Source: Paramecium tetraurelia (taxonomy: Eukaryota). Taken from it: DNA of 64,000 nt. The stretch's first letter is position 1; each line of letters starts with the position of its first letter. Shown here one piece after another: positions 1-13,384 of this stretch. The stretch is taken from the NCBI GenBank assembly GCA_000165425.1, contig CT868207.1:434001-498000 (forward strand), read 5' to 3'. Under the pieces are notes generated by a model, which saw only the letters and a program-made list of their open reading frames with translations, had not been told where the DNA came from and did not search any database. The translations under genes and the position numbers were made by a program.

Positions 1-985
1 AAGAAAAGAATTTCAAAAATCTTGTGAACATTTACGATTATGAAGAATAACACAATCACACTTATATAGTGATGGAATATTGTTCTCATTCACTTTACGA
101 TCAAATTCAAACAAACACAATTAATCCAAAAGATACAAGATACGTATTCAAATAAATCTCAAATGGCTTATATGAGCTTCATTCATAGGGTTTGGCTCAT
201 AGAGATCTAAAACCAGCAAATATACTCATATGTCAACTCTAGGATCGTGGCCATGTGTAAGAAATGTATAAATTATGTGACTTCGGAACTTCTAAAAACT
301 CACAAAGATTAACAACAGCATGTGTTGGTACTCCTTATTATCTAGCTCCAGAATAATTATAATAATAAACGTATGATAAAAGTGTTGATATATGGGCTTT
401 AGGGGCTGTTATGTATGAATTATTTACAAATACTCCTCTTTTTTCAGGTATTTATATATTGATTATGAAGGTTCGACTGTTCTTCAAATTTATGATAAAA
501 TTAAAAATTATGAAATAAATGCATAAATTGATAATCTTAATGATCTAGATATTAAGTATAAGAATTTACTAAAGAGTATGCTAAAGAAAAACCCATAAGA
601 GAGAATTAGTATAGAAGAAATACGATAGAAAATAGAAGAACGGGTTTCCATGAGTGTTGAAAGAAAACCTTAAACTAATCCAGCTAATTGCTAATTTAAA
701 GAGTTAAAATCATTAAATCTATCTAAGCCAATTAATATCCCAGGCTAAATTCAAGGCTAAAAGCCTCCACTTAATTTAAATGTCTATCCTAAGAAATAAC
801 CTTAATTTTAATAACCAAATAACACTTAACCTCCTATATTGTAAAACCAACTTTAAAATTTCAACCAAAATACTTAAACATAGAACTAGAATTTAAAATA
901 ATTCCAAATTCCATCAGAATTTTAATGGTAATAACGTAGGTCTGTGCCAGAATTAGCTTAAAACAGTTCTAAGATAGGAAAATGA
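1..985 (+). CDS. Ser/Thr protein kinase, 5'-truncated by window edge, with Q/N/P-rich C-terminal tail
   Basis: Table-6 translation gives [33 protein letters not shown] and DIWALG. 23-nt intron at 448-470; TGA at 983-985. Confidence 0.93.
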
Positions 986-1054
986 TAAAATTGTAAATGA
1001 TATTATATTTCTATAAAATGATAAAATTTTTTATCTTATGAGAATAAACTTAAA

Positions 1055-1544
1055 TCAAGAGATGGTGCATTTTTGACACCAACGACAGCTGGAATTCTAA
1101 TCTCCCTCGACTTGAACAACCTCAGGAATAGTGATTTCATAAACTAACACAAATTAGTATAACATTTTACAAACTTCCTCAATGTACTTTTTATCATAGG
1201 GTATTGCAAAATGCTTTTCTATTTCTTATAAAACATCTTCAATATGAATTATTAGTGTAACTATTTATTCTCTATTATTTGTGTCTGAATTATCTATGAA
1301 ATCTTTCATTTGTTGCATTTTAAATCCTAAAACTTCTGCATATATTTTGCTTTAATTTGATAATAAATTACTTAATAATGGGTTCATATTTGATAATAAC
1401 CTAATTCAAATGATTTCTCTCTTCGTATGCTTATTTAATTGAACTAATAAATGTTTTTGAACTCTTCTCTGCAAATTCCTATAAAAGACTTTGGGTTATA
1501 TTTTTTTATTGATTTTATAATTTATTGATATTCAATATTTTCAT
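1055..1544 (-). CDS. Small hypothetical protein (155 aa) ending in a CaaX box (CRWCQKCTIS*)
   Basis: ATG at 1544; removing one 22-nt intron (gtaatttattatcaaattaaag) gives a continuous frame to TGA at 1055-1057. Confidence 0.75.
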
Positions 1545-1583
1545 AATAATATTAAATATTATTAATATTAATATTCGTTTTTA

Positions 1584-2684
1584 ATTAGAGCAACATCAAT
1601 ATTGTTTTTACTTCTGATAAATAATATTATTTGCACTAAATCAATATATGAAATATCATAGAATGAATATGGAAGAACAGTACTGTAAGCAATCTAATTA
1701 ACTTTCAATGAAGAACCAGCCTCATTTGAGAAGACTATTGATTATACTATAATAGTTAAAAAAGAAATCCAAAATGATTAAGATGAAGATACTGGACTTT
1801 TGTCTGAATAATTGGAAACATGCGAATCTCATATTTCTTCAAATTCATTAACGATCTCAAATTCACAAATCAATTTGGCATAAGCCTAAGAACAAGTAGG
1901 CCCACTAGAATAAAAGTTATTTGATAAAAGTCATCAGGCAGAGGATAAGGAAGGTGAGGAATAGAGAAACAAATGATATATTAATAAGTTGATTTAGTAA
2001 AGATAAGAATCTGGATAATAATTTGAAAGTAAAAGAGATGAATTAACATCAATTGTTGGAACATTTAGTGAAGCTAAAAAAATTATATCTTCCATTAAGG
2101 CAGATCCAACTGCTTTAATTTAATTGAAAAACCATAAGAATAATATATGTAATTATTGAGAAGGTAACATTAGTAAATTAGATATAAATATCATCCATAT
2201 TCTATACTTTGATTCATTCAACCTATCTCTAATTCAATAAGGAACAAGCCAAGAAAAGTCATTAGAATTATTGACGATTTAATCGATGAGGTTTATCAAG
2301 TTTAGAAATTAGAAATGATAGCTGATGATCAAAGAGAAGCTGATTTTGTTAAGACCAAGTAAACTACAATATATTAGCATTAGAACTTGTTTTGAATTTG
2401 CAAATACCAGATTAAGTACTAAAATTGCTGAATTAAGAGCTGATGTGCAATATTTATAATAATAATTATTAGAATTAAATAACAATATTGCAATTAATTA
2501 AGATTTAGTCAATCTTAAAACCAAAGAAAATTCAGATTGGCAATAATCTTGCAATGATGCTTAAAATAGTGATAATGGTTTGACTGATTACAGAAACCAA
2601 TAGATTGTAATTATTGATGAGTGCCTTTCATTATTATAAGGACATGACTCAGAAATCGTCTAATTCATTTAGAAATTTGTTTGA
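1584..2684 (+). pseudogene. Trichocyst matrix protein (TMP)-like gene, apparently disrupted
   Basis: Signal-peptide-like IRATSILFLLLINNIIC, then SQNEYGRTVLQAIQL, acidic coiled coils and C-terminal SDWQQSC...RNQQIVIIDECLSLL, resembling TMP precursors. ATT rather than ATG at 1584, in-frame TGA at 1974-1976, +1 shift at the A run 2254-2257. 25-nt introns at 2149-2173 and 2359-2383. Confidence 0.65.
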
Positions 2685-2825
2685 AAAATATTAATTATTG
2701 GTAAAGACACTAAAAGCAACATTTATCCATTTATGAATCTCTTTAAGGAAAATAGAAATTCTTCAGAGATTTTGTCTACGTCCATATTTAAAGTAAAATA
2801 TGAAATCAAATATATAATAATACAT

Positions 2826-3216
2826 ATGAACTTTATGAATACTCATTCACAATTTAACTTTTCAAGAAAATCCATGCCCAGACCATTGATATCTAGACAG
2901 CTTACAAGGGAAAAGAGTTAACCAAACTTTAATCCAATAACTCCATCAGTAAGTTACCAATTAAAACTATTAGACCAAATTTCGCATTTCCACTACTAAT
3001 TAACAATTGAATCGAGAGAAGATTTAAAAAGCTAATGGCAATTATTTTAGTTAGCATGATGATACAAGTGGAAGTACTAAGATGTCAAAAGCACATACTT
3101 AATCTATATTGAAAAAACATGAAATAGAATTTAAGTAGTCTTTATTTAATCAAGAAGACAGAGAAGAAGAACTGTAATTTACATTACTTTGTTAAACTCT
3201 TGAAAAGCTATTGTGA
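2826..3216 (+). CDS. Small hypothetical protein (~121 aa)
   Basis: MNFMNTHSQFNFSRKSMPRP...; 25-nt intron at 2949-2973 restores a frame to TGA at 3214-3216. No recognised domain. Confidence 0.6.
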
Positions 3217-3287
3217 TTATTTAATATGAAATGATACAATGTTTTTGTTTTATTAGCTTTTTTTATAATAAATAATAATAAATATAT

Positions 3288-6200
3288 ATGTACCGATAAT
3301 ACGATTACCCATACTCCCCATCCAAATCATCAAATACTATAGATGATATGGAGCAAAGGCTGAATGCAGTAATTAATGCGAATGAAAAATTGGTACTTTT
3401 TTATAACTAAGATTTCATTATAGACTTTACTGTTAAAAGAAAAGATTTAAGAGAATGATTAGTTGAAAGAAAATATTGATATTCTTTACAATAATAATCA
3501 AGAACTATCTGAAATCAATATATAACTCTGTGAATAAATCAAAAGGTGTAAAAATTAGAAATGTGCTTCATTACATCAGAAAAACCACAATGAAATGGAG
3601 AGAGAACTCACATAATTAAAGGAACTCATAGTTTCAAAGGACAGAGAATTGGCAAATTATTAACAGCACTTCGAGGAAGAGTTGCAGTTAGAAATCACCT
3701 AAAAGGATTATGTAAATAATAAAAATAACGTATTAGATTGATAAAATCAAAGGTTTGGAAGAACAAAATTAATAATTAATTCACGAATTGGATTTAGTAA
3801 CAAAAAAGTTAATAGAGAGCCAAAGAGGATCATTAAATAACTACGATAATAATTACTAAACATAATAATATGAATAGATCATTGAGGATTTATAATAAAA
3901 AATTGAATAGTTGAGTAAGTTTTTATCTCAGAAGGATGAAGAATTGTAATAAAATAATAATAAATAATACCTAGTTCAAATAGAATAATTGTAAATAGAG
4001 AAGATAACTCAATCATTATAATTGGAAGAATATAAAAATAAAATTAACAAACTATAGTAAGAATAGGAAGAAAAAAATAACATAATTGATCAATTGAAAA
4101 AAAATTATAGTCTAAATTCATCTAGAAACGAAATTATACAAAAATAAAATATGATATAGAATAAACATCAATATATTAAAATAGATTAAAATGTTTTAGA
4201 ATTAAGTGATGATATCGAAACAACTGTGAAGAGAAGAACAAACTTTGATTATCAAGCAGGAAAATATAATTAATCGGGAAAAGGATTTCTAGAATAGAAA
4301 AGTCCACGTTCTTAATTTTCAGATTAAGATTCTTATTTATTTTTATGTGAAAAATTATAGTAAGATTTGTAAACCGAAGAGAAATAATATAATGACCTTG
4401 CTAATAAAAAATAAATGGCAGATATTGAAAATGATAGGCTTATTAATTTAATCAAGGAGTTAGAATACTCAATCTAAGAAAAATAATTATTAATTGAGCA
4501 TTAAGACAATGAGATTAAATCTAATTAAAGAAATATCAGGAAAAAAGAATCTGAACACAAGAAAACTATAATCTAGTAGCAAGATGATATGCAAATTTAT
4601 GAAGATAAATTAAATGCTCTTGAAAATCTTAGAAAAGAAGAACTCAGAATCTATGAATAATAAATTTCTCAAATCCAAAGTTAACTAAAGCAAAAAGACA
4701 TCGAACTGAAAAAATTGTAAGATTAAACTAAAGATAAGCACAAATTATAAGCCAAAATACAATCTCTGATTGAAGAAAATAAAGAAATATAATAAAATAT
4801 ATAAATAAAAGATTAAAAGGAAGAAGATTTAAAAACAAAGGTTGCCTTGCTTTAATAGTAACTCAAAACAAAGGAGTTAGATAAAAGTTAAAATTCAAAT
4901 AGAATTTATGACTTAGAGAGTTAGATAATATAACTAAAATTAGAATTAGAACAAAATATTATAAATGCTCAACTTTAAACTGAAATCAATTAAAAAAACG
5001 AGTAATAGATGAAATTGAAAGAATTTCAAATTAACAAACTATAAGATTAATTAAAAGAAGCAAGCAACAAATAAAAGGAAATAATTACAGAAAGAGAACT
5101 TGAAAACTAGAGAAATTATTAATAAATTGACGAGCAAAATGATTTATTAAGAAAGTAAGAGTATGAAATAAAGAGACTGCAAAATTTAATTTCTTAAAGA
5201 CCTTTAGAGAAAAATTTGAATATTTAATCTGAAAATTTAGTCTTAAAAGAATAAATTGAGGAATTATTAAATTAAGAAGCAAATTTAGAATAGAAAGTTA
5301 TAATATTAGAAACACAATTGAAAGGTAAAGATCAAGAAATAATTGTCACAAGCTAAAAGTAGATCTTATCAAATGCAGAATTGCAAACTAATATGAAAAA
5401 GTAAGAGGCAGATTTTAATGATAAGTTAATTGAAAAGGAATAATAAATATAGAAATTAATAAAAGAAAATTAATCATTAAATTAAGAGAATGAATAGTTA
5501 CTTCATAAAATTAAAAATCATGATTCTCGAAATGCTTAATTAGAAATGAAAGAATAATAAGAATTAGAATCCCATAGATTAGAAATATAAAAGAAAATTG
5601 ATCAAATTCCATTAAGTGATGATGGCACTACTTTGAGTGAATTAAATTCGTATCGTATGGATGAGTTAAAAACCTTTGCATCTTAATTGGAATCACAGAA
5701 TAAAAAGGATTTAATATAAACAGTATTAGATTAAAAAATTGAAATGGTTTAGAAGAATGATTAATTAAATAATTAAGTTTAAATAATCGAAGAATTAAAA
5801 TCAAAAATAAAAATGAATGAAGAAGAATTAAAAGATCAAAGAGAACTTGTGGAATCTAAACAAAAATAATTAGCAGAATTAAACAGTTTTAAATAATCAA
5901 TATCCTCTCTCGAAAATTAATTGAAGGTAAAAGAATAAAGTCTAAAGAAAGCTTAGGAAGAAAATAAAGAATTACAATAATAGAAACAAATAGTAATTTA
6001 GTAGAAAAAATAAAATGAAACCCAATAATAAGAATCCAAAAAACTTTAAGATGTTATCTAAAATTAAGAGTAATAAATGAAGACGAAAGATGAGAATTTA
6101 AAAAAGTTGTAAGATTAACTTAGAGAATTAGGCAAGAAGAATGAATAATTATCGAAAGATTTAAATTAAAATAAAGTCTTAAAAGATGAAGTTGAGAAAT

Positions 6201-7111
6201 ACAAGAATGCTCTTAACCAAAAGGAAGAAGAACAAAAGAACTTATAAAATTAAATTAGTAATCAGAAAAAGTAAGATGATCAAATTAAGAAATTATAGTA
6301 ACAGTTGGAAAAAGAAACAAAAACTAAAAAAGAAGAAATCGAAAAATTACAAAATGAAATAAATGAATTGAATTAAGAGTTATAGTAAGCCTAATAATTG
6401 AATTACAATTAAAAAAAATTAGAGGATTAAGTGAAGAAGCTTTAATAATAATTAGATTAATAAACTGAGAAAAGTAAAAAACAATTATAAGATTCTGAAA
6501 AGAAATAATAAAATTTACAAAATCAATTAAAGGAGACAGCTGAATAGTTATCAGAATGGGAAGAAAATGATCTTACAAAGGAAGAATAAATATAAAAACT
6601 TGTTCGATAAGTAGAAGAATATAAGAAGAAGGAGGAGATGTTTTAAAAACAAGGGAAAACTGTAAAGGAGCTCTAAGAATAATTAAAATAAGCAGAAAAA
6701 GTTAATATAGAATTATAGAAGGAAAAAAAAAATTCATAGGCTGAAAAAAATGGTTAAAAAGAAAATTTAGAATAAGAAATAAAAGAATTGAAAGAATAAA
6801 TAACCAAATTATAAAAATTGAATAATGAACTTGTTATTTATGAAAATATCATTTAAGTAGATGTTCGCAAAATGTAAGAATTGTAGAGAAAGATAGAATG
6901 CTTAGAAAATAATTAGTCATAATAAGGTTCAAAATAAAATATTGAGACAAAGAGCTAAGGCGTGACTCCAAGAAAATAAATTAGGGGAAGTTCAGTCATG
7001 AAATAAAATTAAGATTAGATTTCACAGATGACCCTTGAATAATTATAGTAGCATGTTAAAAAATTAGAATAAATAATAAAAGAAGCAGGATTAGGTCATA
7101 AAATAAACTGA
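3288..7111 (+). CDS. Large E/K/Q-rich coiled-coil protein (~1250 aa)
   Basis: MYRQYDYPYSPSK...; long open frame under table 6 with heptad-type composition and short introns near the 5' end; TGA at 7109-7111. Confidence 0.85.
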
Positions 7112-7151
7112 TAAATCCATATATTTTTATAAAATAAGTATGTTATTTTAT

Positions 7152-10003
7152 TCAATTTTTCATTTTATCAACAAACTACTTAATTTTGTCAAGGGCACTT
7201 TGAGGTATTTCAGTTTCAAATTCAGCTAATGGGACTGTAATTGTTTCTCTATTTGGGTAGGTTAGCATCTTGATTTTATAAATAAGAAATTCTTTTATTA
7301 TGTCATTTGCAACGGAAATATTATATTTAGATATGGTAGGTTCAATGCTAATATTCATAGAAGGTTCTCCTACAAAGGAAACCCAGCTACGGCCAATAAA
7401 ATTTGGTGTATAACACAACCTTAATCGGCCATTTAAAGATGTAATTTTAACTTTAATAGTTACAGGCAAATGCTTTTTAGCCCAGCTGATAGTAACAAAA
7501 GTTTCTAATTCCATATAAAAGAACCCTCTAAACGATAGTTCTAAATCAAATATGCATGAATCAGTGTTTTTTTATGGTATAAATTATAAAACCTCTGGGG
7601 GTTCACCTCCTATATCTATAAATGTAACATAAATTTCATCTAATTAAGATGGTCTCTTCTTATTTAAAGATCTATATAGTTCTGTCATAAATTTCTATCT
7701 GAAATAGATGGATTTAGTCCATTATAGAAATAATACTCTTATTAATTATTTTAATACAAATGTCTCTTTCATTGAATTTACTGTGTCATTTGGTTATCTA
7801 GTAAGTTAGCTATTAGATCTAGAACTAATTTTTGGAATAGTTGTTATATTATTATGGAGTAAACTTTAAGTTTGATTGATTTAGATTTCTTTTGGAGTGA
7901 ATGAGATGTTAGTTTAATGATCAAGTAGACTCTTTACTATTTAATCCTATTATTGATACGTTTGATCGACTAAGAATATTTTAGATAATTATTACATTCA
8001 TCAATCATTTTCATAGTATGATTAACTACACTCCTTGAAAGAGTGGCAAAAGATAAAATGAATTGAAATTTAGTCTTTGAGATGATTTCAAAATGTTAAT
8101 CAATGTATTGTTTATATTTATTTTCATATTAGCTTAATTTTGATTTGAGCTACTCTGCTTCCTATTGATATTAGAGATAATTCTATCTAAATTATTATTT
8201 CATCCTCTAATAATCTGTAAATCCATCCACTTTACCTGGATTAAATTTTTCAGAATCCTTCAAAATGCAATTGAATAAATACGTGATATTATTAATTCTC
8301 TCTTTAACTGATACTTAAGTTTCTTTATACTCTTTATATAGTTTAGTTCTGTCATCAATAAAATTGTTTGTAATCAATTTGATTTAAGCAAATAGATTTT
8401 AATAAAATTATTTATCCTTTGGAAAACTCTTTGTGAATAAATCAGTTATCCAAATATCCTTTAGTTAAACTAAATGAATTTTTATTTCATCTGATATCAT
8501 TTTCTTAATAACCTCTCCAATTTCTACAAAGAAGTCCAAACATTCTCCATCATACTTTTCAAATAAATGAATTTGATCTTCATAAAATTTGAATTTTTTT
8601 ATCAATTCTTAGAGTTCTTCTTTCTCATTCCTCATTAATCGAGGAGGGTCTATTTCATCCATTGATACTGTTCTTGATTATCGATGTAATAATAAATTTG
8701 GAGGATTTGTTTGACTCTAACTTAAATATGAATCATTTAAAGCATTCTATAATTTTAGAATATTTTTAAATGACTTCAGAAATTGTTCATAATTATCATA
8801 ATGGGTCTGTAAAAGTGATCTGATGACTGTTTGATACATAACAATAAATTATCTATCCCAATTATCTTTAAATTCATTTAATTATTAATTTGTTTTAGTT
8901 ATTGCAACTTATAATTCCTTTAATTCATATTTAGAACTTTATAATTTATGTTATATTGTAGATAATTATTAGGTCGACAATTTGATAGACATTTCCATTT
9001 TAATTAGTTTTTCTGGATTAGTTTTATTTTTTTTTAATTCTCTATACTAGGTGTTGTTAGACTCTAAATCTTTTTCAAGTAATTATTTTTATCCCTCATA
9101 ATTTTAATTTTTGCGGAACACTTCATCATATTGAGATTGGGTTTAGTTTTTGATTTTCTTAATATTTTTATATTCATCAAGATAAGTTTTCTAAATTGAT
9201 TGAATTTGAGGTTATGCTACTTTGAGAATTTAGTATCGTTACTATTAGAATATTTAATTGAGTTATTTGACTTACTATTTTATATTATTCCAATGAGGTA
9301 CTATAATGTTTCGGCCTTGAACTTATATAAAGGAGTTGAGTAATAATTATTATTCATTGGTCAGCTCTTAAAATAATATTTTATGTTATTGAGTTGTATC
9401 AATTTGATCTAAAGTTGATAAAGGTTCTTTTTTGGATAATTTACTTAATAGAGAAGCTTAATTTTAAAGGTCGAAACTCTTTTCTAGATTTGAATAGTAA
9501 GTTAATAGAGAATCTGTTAAATTCGTAACACATTAGTATTTTTAGAGTAATCCTTTTCTGTCCAATTTGATAAGGGGTAATTTTTAGGAACCGAAATAAT
9601 TCTTGATTTAATTAAGATAAAGATCTGCTTATTGGTGTATTCTGCTTTTCTATGCAGCAGGCAGATCATCAGTTTACTCAACTTATTCCATGATATCGAC
9701 TTGGCTTGGCTCATAAGCACTAAGTGATAGCGAGGAATCATTTAGTTTATCAGAGTCATCAGGTATATATGATTGAAAATTAGTAGAATGATTTATCATA
9801 GAAGCTATTTATTTGAATCCTATTGTCAATTTAGAGTTGTTAATTCTTTTCATCATGCGATAACGTAATATCCAAAAGAAAATGATTATTTCAATGTAAA
9901 TTGTATACAAGGTTCCATATAAAAAATAAATGTAATTGTTTTGGTCTAAAAGAGGAATTAAGAAGGCAATTGATATTATCAATAATGCAGTAATTAATTT
10001 CAT
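7152..10003 (-). CDS. N-terminal transmembrane, long helical/coiled-coil, C-terminal SMP (TULIP) lipid-transfer domain protein
   Basis: Track ORF 9809-10003 (two hydrophobic segments) continues in frame through TAA/TAG. The C-terminus VLFLQW...LNKKRPSQLDEIYVTFIDIGGEPPEV...LPVTIKVKITSLNGRLRL...RSWVSFVGEPSMNISIEP...LTYPN matches the Mmm1/Nvj2/TEX2 SMP pattern. One frame change near 8210-8250 (29-nt intron or indel). Confidence 0.78.
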
Positions 10004-10013
10004 TATTTTATAT

Positions 10014-11749
10014 ATGTCAATTAAATAAAAACTATATTAAACTTGGCATAGATTCTTATAAACAAATTTCAATAGTTATTTAAGAAGTGCTCCTACCCCA
10101 GGCAAATAAAGGTTGTACAAACATGTTGATATATAAAATGAATTCGATAAGTATGAAAAAGAGAGAAGAAAGTAGAGATTGCAGTTGATTGAATATAAGA
10201 ATAAATTGAAGAAAAGAGTATTAGAAAAGGAAATAGCATTAATAAAATAATTTGAATCAAGTTAAATTGATTTTGTATCGACTAATGCTTCACTTGAAAA
10301 TAGCAATATAAGTAAAGATGTCACGATGGATGAATAAAGAAGACAATCCCTTCTTAAAGAATTAGAGGAAATCAATAATTAATTGACTTAGATTGATAAA
10401 GAGAAAGAAGAATTAAAGATTTTAGAGAATGATATTGCAGTTTTAGAGCCTAATATGGTAATTCTAAGAGGAATTGAGAAGAAAACTGTATTAACCATGA
10501 TTAATTATATTGAATTTCAACATAGACATGTTTCAGGTTTGGTATTGAATCCTGAAACAATGAAAAATATAGAGACTGTTCATTATCATGTTATGAATAA
10601 TCTACCAATTCAAAGAGAGAAACTCTATGAAGTTGTTCCAGAACTATTTTAGGAAGAAATCGGAGAATTGGATGAACATAAATAACGATTAATTTAAGAA
10701 AATAGACCAACCTTAGATGTATAGGAAACTAGTGTAATCTAAATTATTGAAAAGAGTAGAATACCTGAATCAGATGATCCCATAGTCACTTTATTGAATG
10801 AATAAAGAGAAATGATGATGTTTGTTTATAATAAATGTGTCATTTTTTGTAATAAATATGATGATTGGATAGAAATGGTATATATAAGTTTAAGTAAATT
10901 AGAAATTGAAATAAGGGTTTCCAGATATAGATGCTATTATTGAGAATTTGTTACTGAGAAAAGATTTGAGTGGGATTGATCTTGAGGTATATGAAGGATA
11001 TAAAGAATTAGAAAAAATAAACGATGACTATCATAATCTTTTAGAATTGAATAAAATTAAAATTAGGAAAGAATAAAATAAATTAGAAATGCCTCCTTTT
11101 GTTGAATCTCATGAATTATTAAGAAGGGTATGGACAGAAAAATGGGAAGCTCATGTTAAGAATTCTCTCGACTTCTCCGAATCAATTTTAATCCCTCATA
11201 ACACTTATGAATCAAAATTAGATAAAGTGTTGGCAGATTACAAAAAGCAAGATATCCAAGACTTGATTGAATAATGTATCATTATTATTTAAATTAAATA
11301 GCTAATCAAGCATTAAAAGAGAAATTAGGAGGAGATTAACCAGTTCAATATTATGATAGAAAAGAAAAGGATTTAAATTTAGTCAAATAAATATAAATTC
11401 TGGGAGATGTTATGCATTAAATTCCATCTCATGAAGAAGAATTAAAAGAATTGTAAAAGAAAGCTGAATAGTTTGATAAATTATAAATTGATGATAAAAC
11501 CTAGATATATAAAAGTGAAGAAGGCAGAATCTTATTAACAGAACTTCCGAAAGTATTACATCTAAATAATAAAGATCCAAAACAAGTAATTATTATTAAT
11601 AATCTTAGTATAATTTATTGTTTTGGGCTGAACACTTTAATATTGAACCCTAAAAATTGAGAAATATCTTCAACTTTATACATTACCCAATCCTAGAATA
11701 ATAAAATAAAGAAGAGAAGCAAAAGATTTTAAAATTTATATATTAATGA
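10014..11749 (+). CDS. Hypothetical, possibly mitochondrial, protein with NDUFAF4/neugrin-like C-terminal motif
   Basis: MSIKQKLYQTWHRFLQ... joins track ORFs 10455 and 11089 via short introns. C-terminus GRILLTELPKVLHLNNKDPKQYNLLFWAEHFNIEPQKLRNIFNF; TGA at 11747-11749. Confidence 0.75.
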
Positions 11750-11767
11750 ATAAGACAACACAGTAAT

Positions 11768-13174
<1,407 letters not shown>

Positions 13175-13384
13175 TGCTGAAGTTTTTAAAAAATAAAATA
13201 ATTTAATGATTCATTGCATAGAAATTGTGTAATTTAATAACTTAATTAAAGATTTATATAAATGATTATACTTAATTATTTATTACATATTTTACATCTA
13301 TCTTCTTAAATCAATGAACTCCAATAAAGAACTGCTTGACTTGCATATTATTTATATTTATTAAATCAATTAAGTAATATAATT

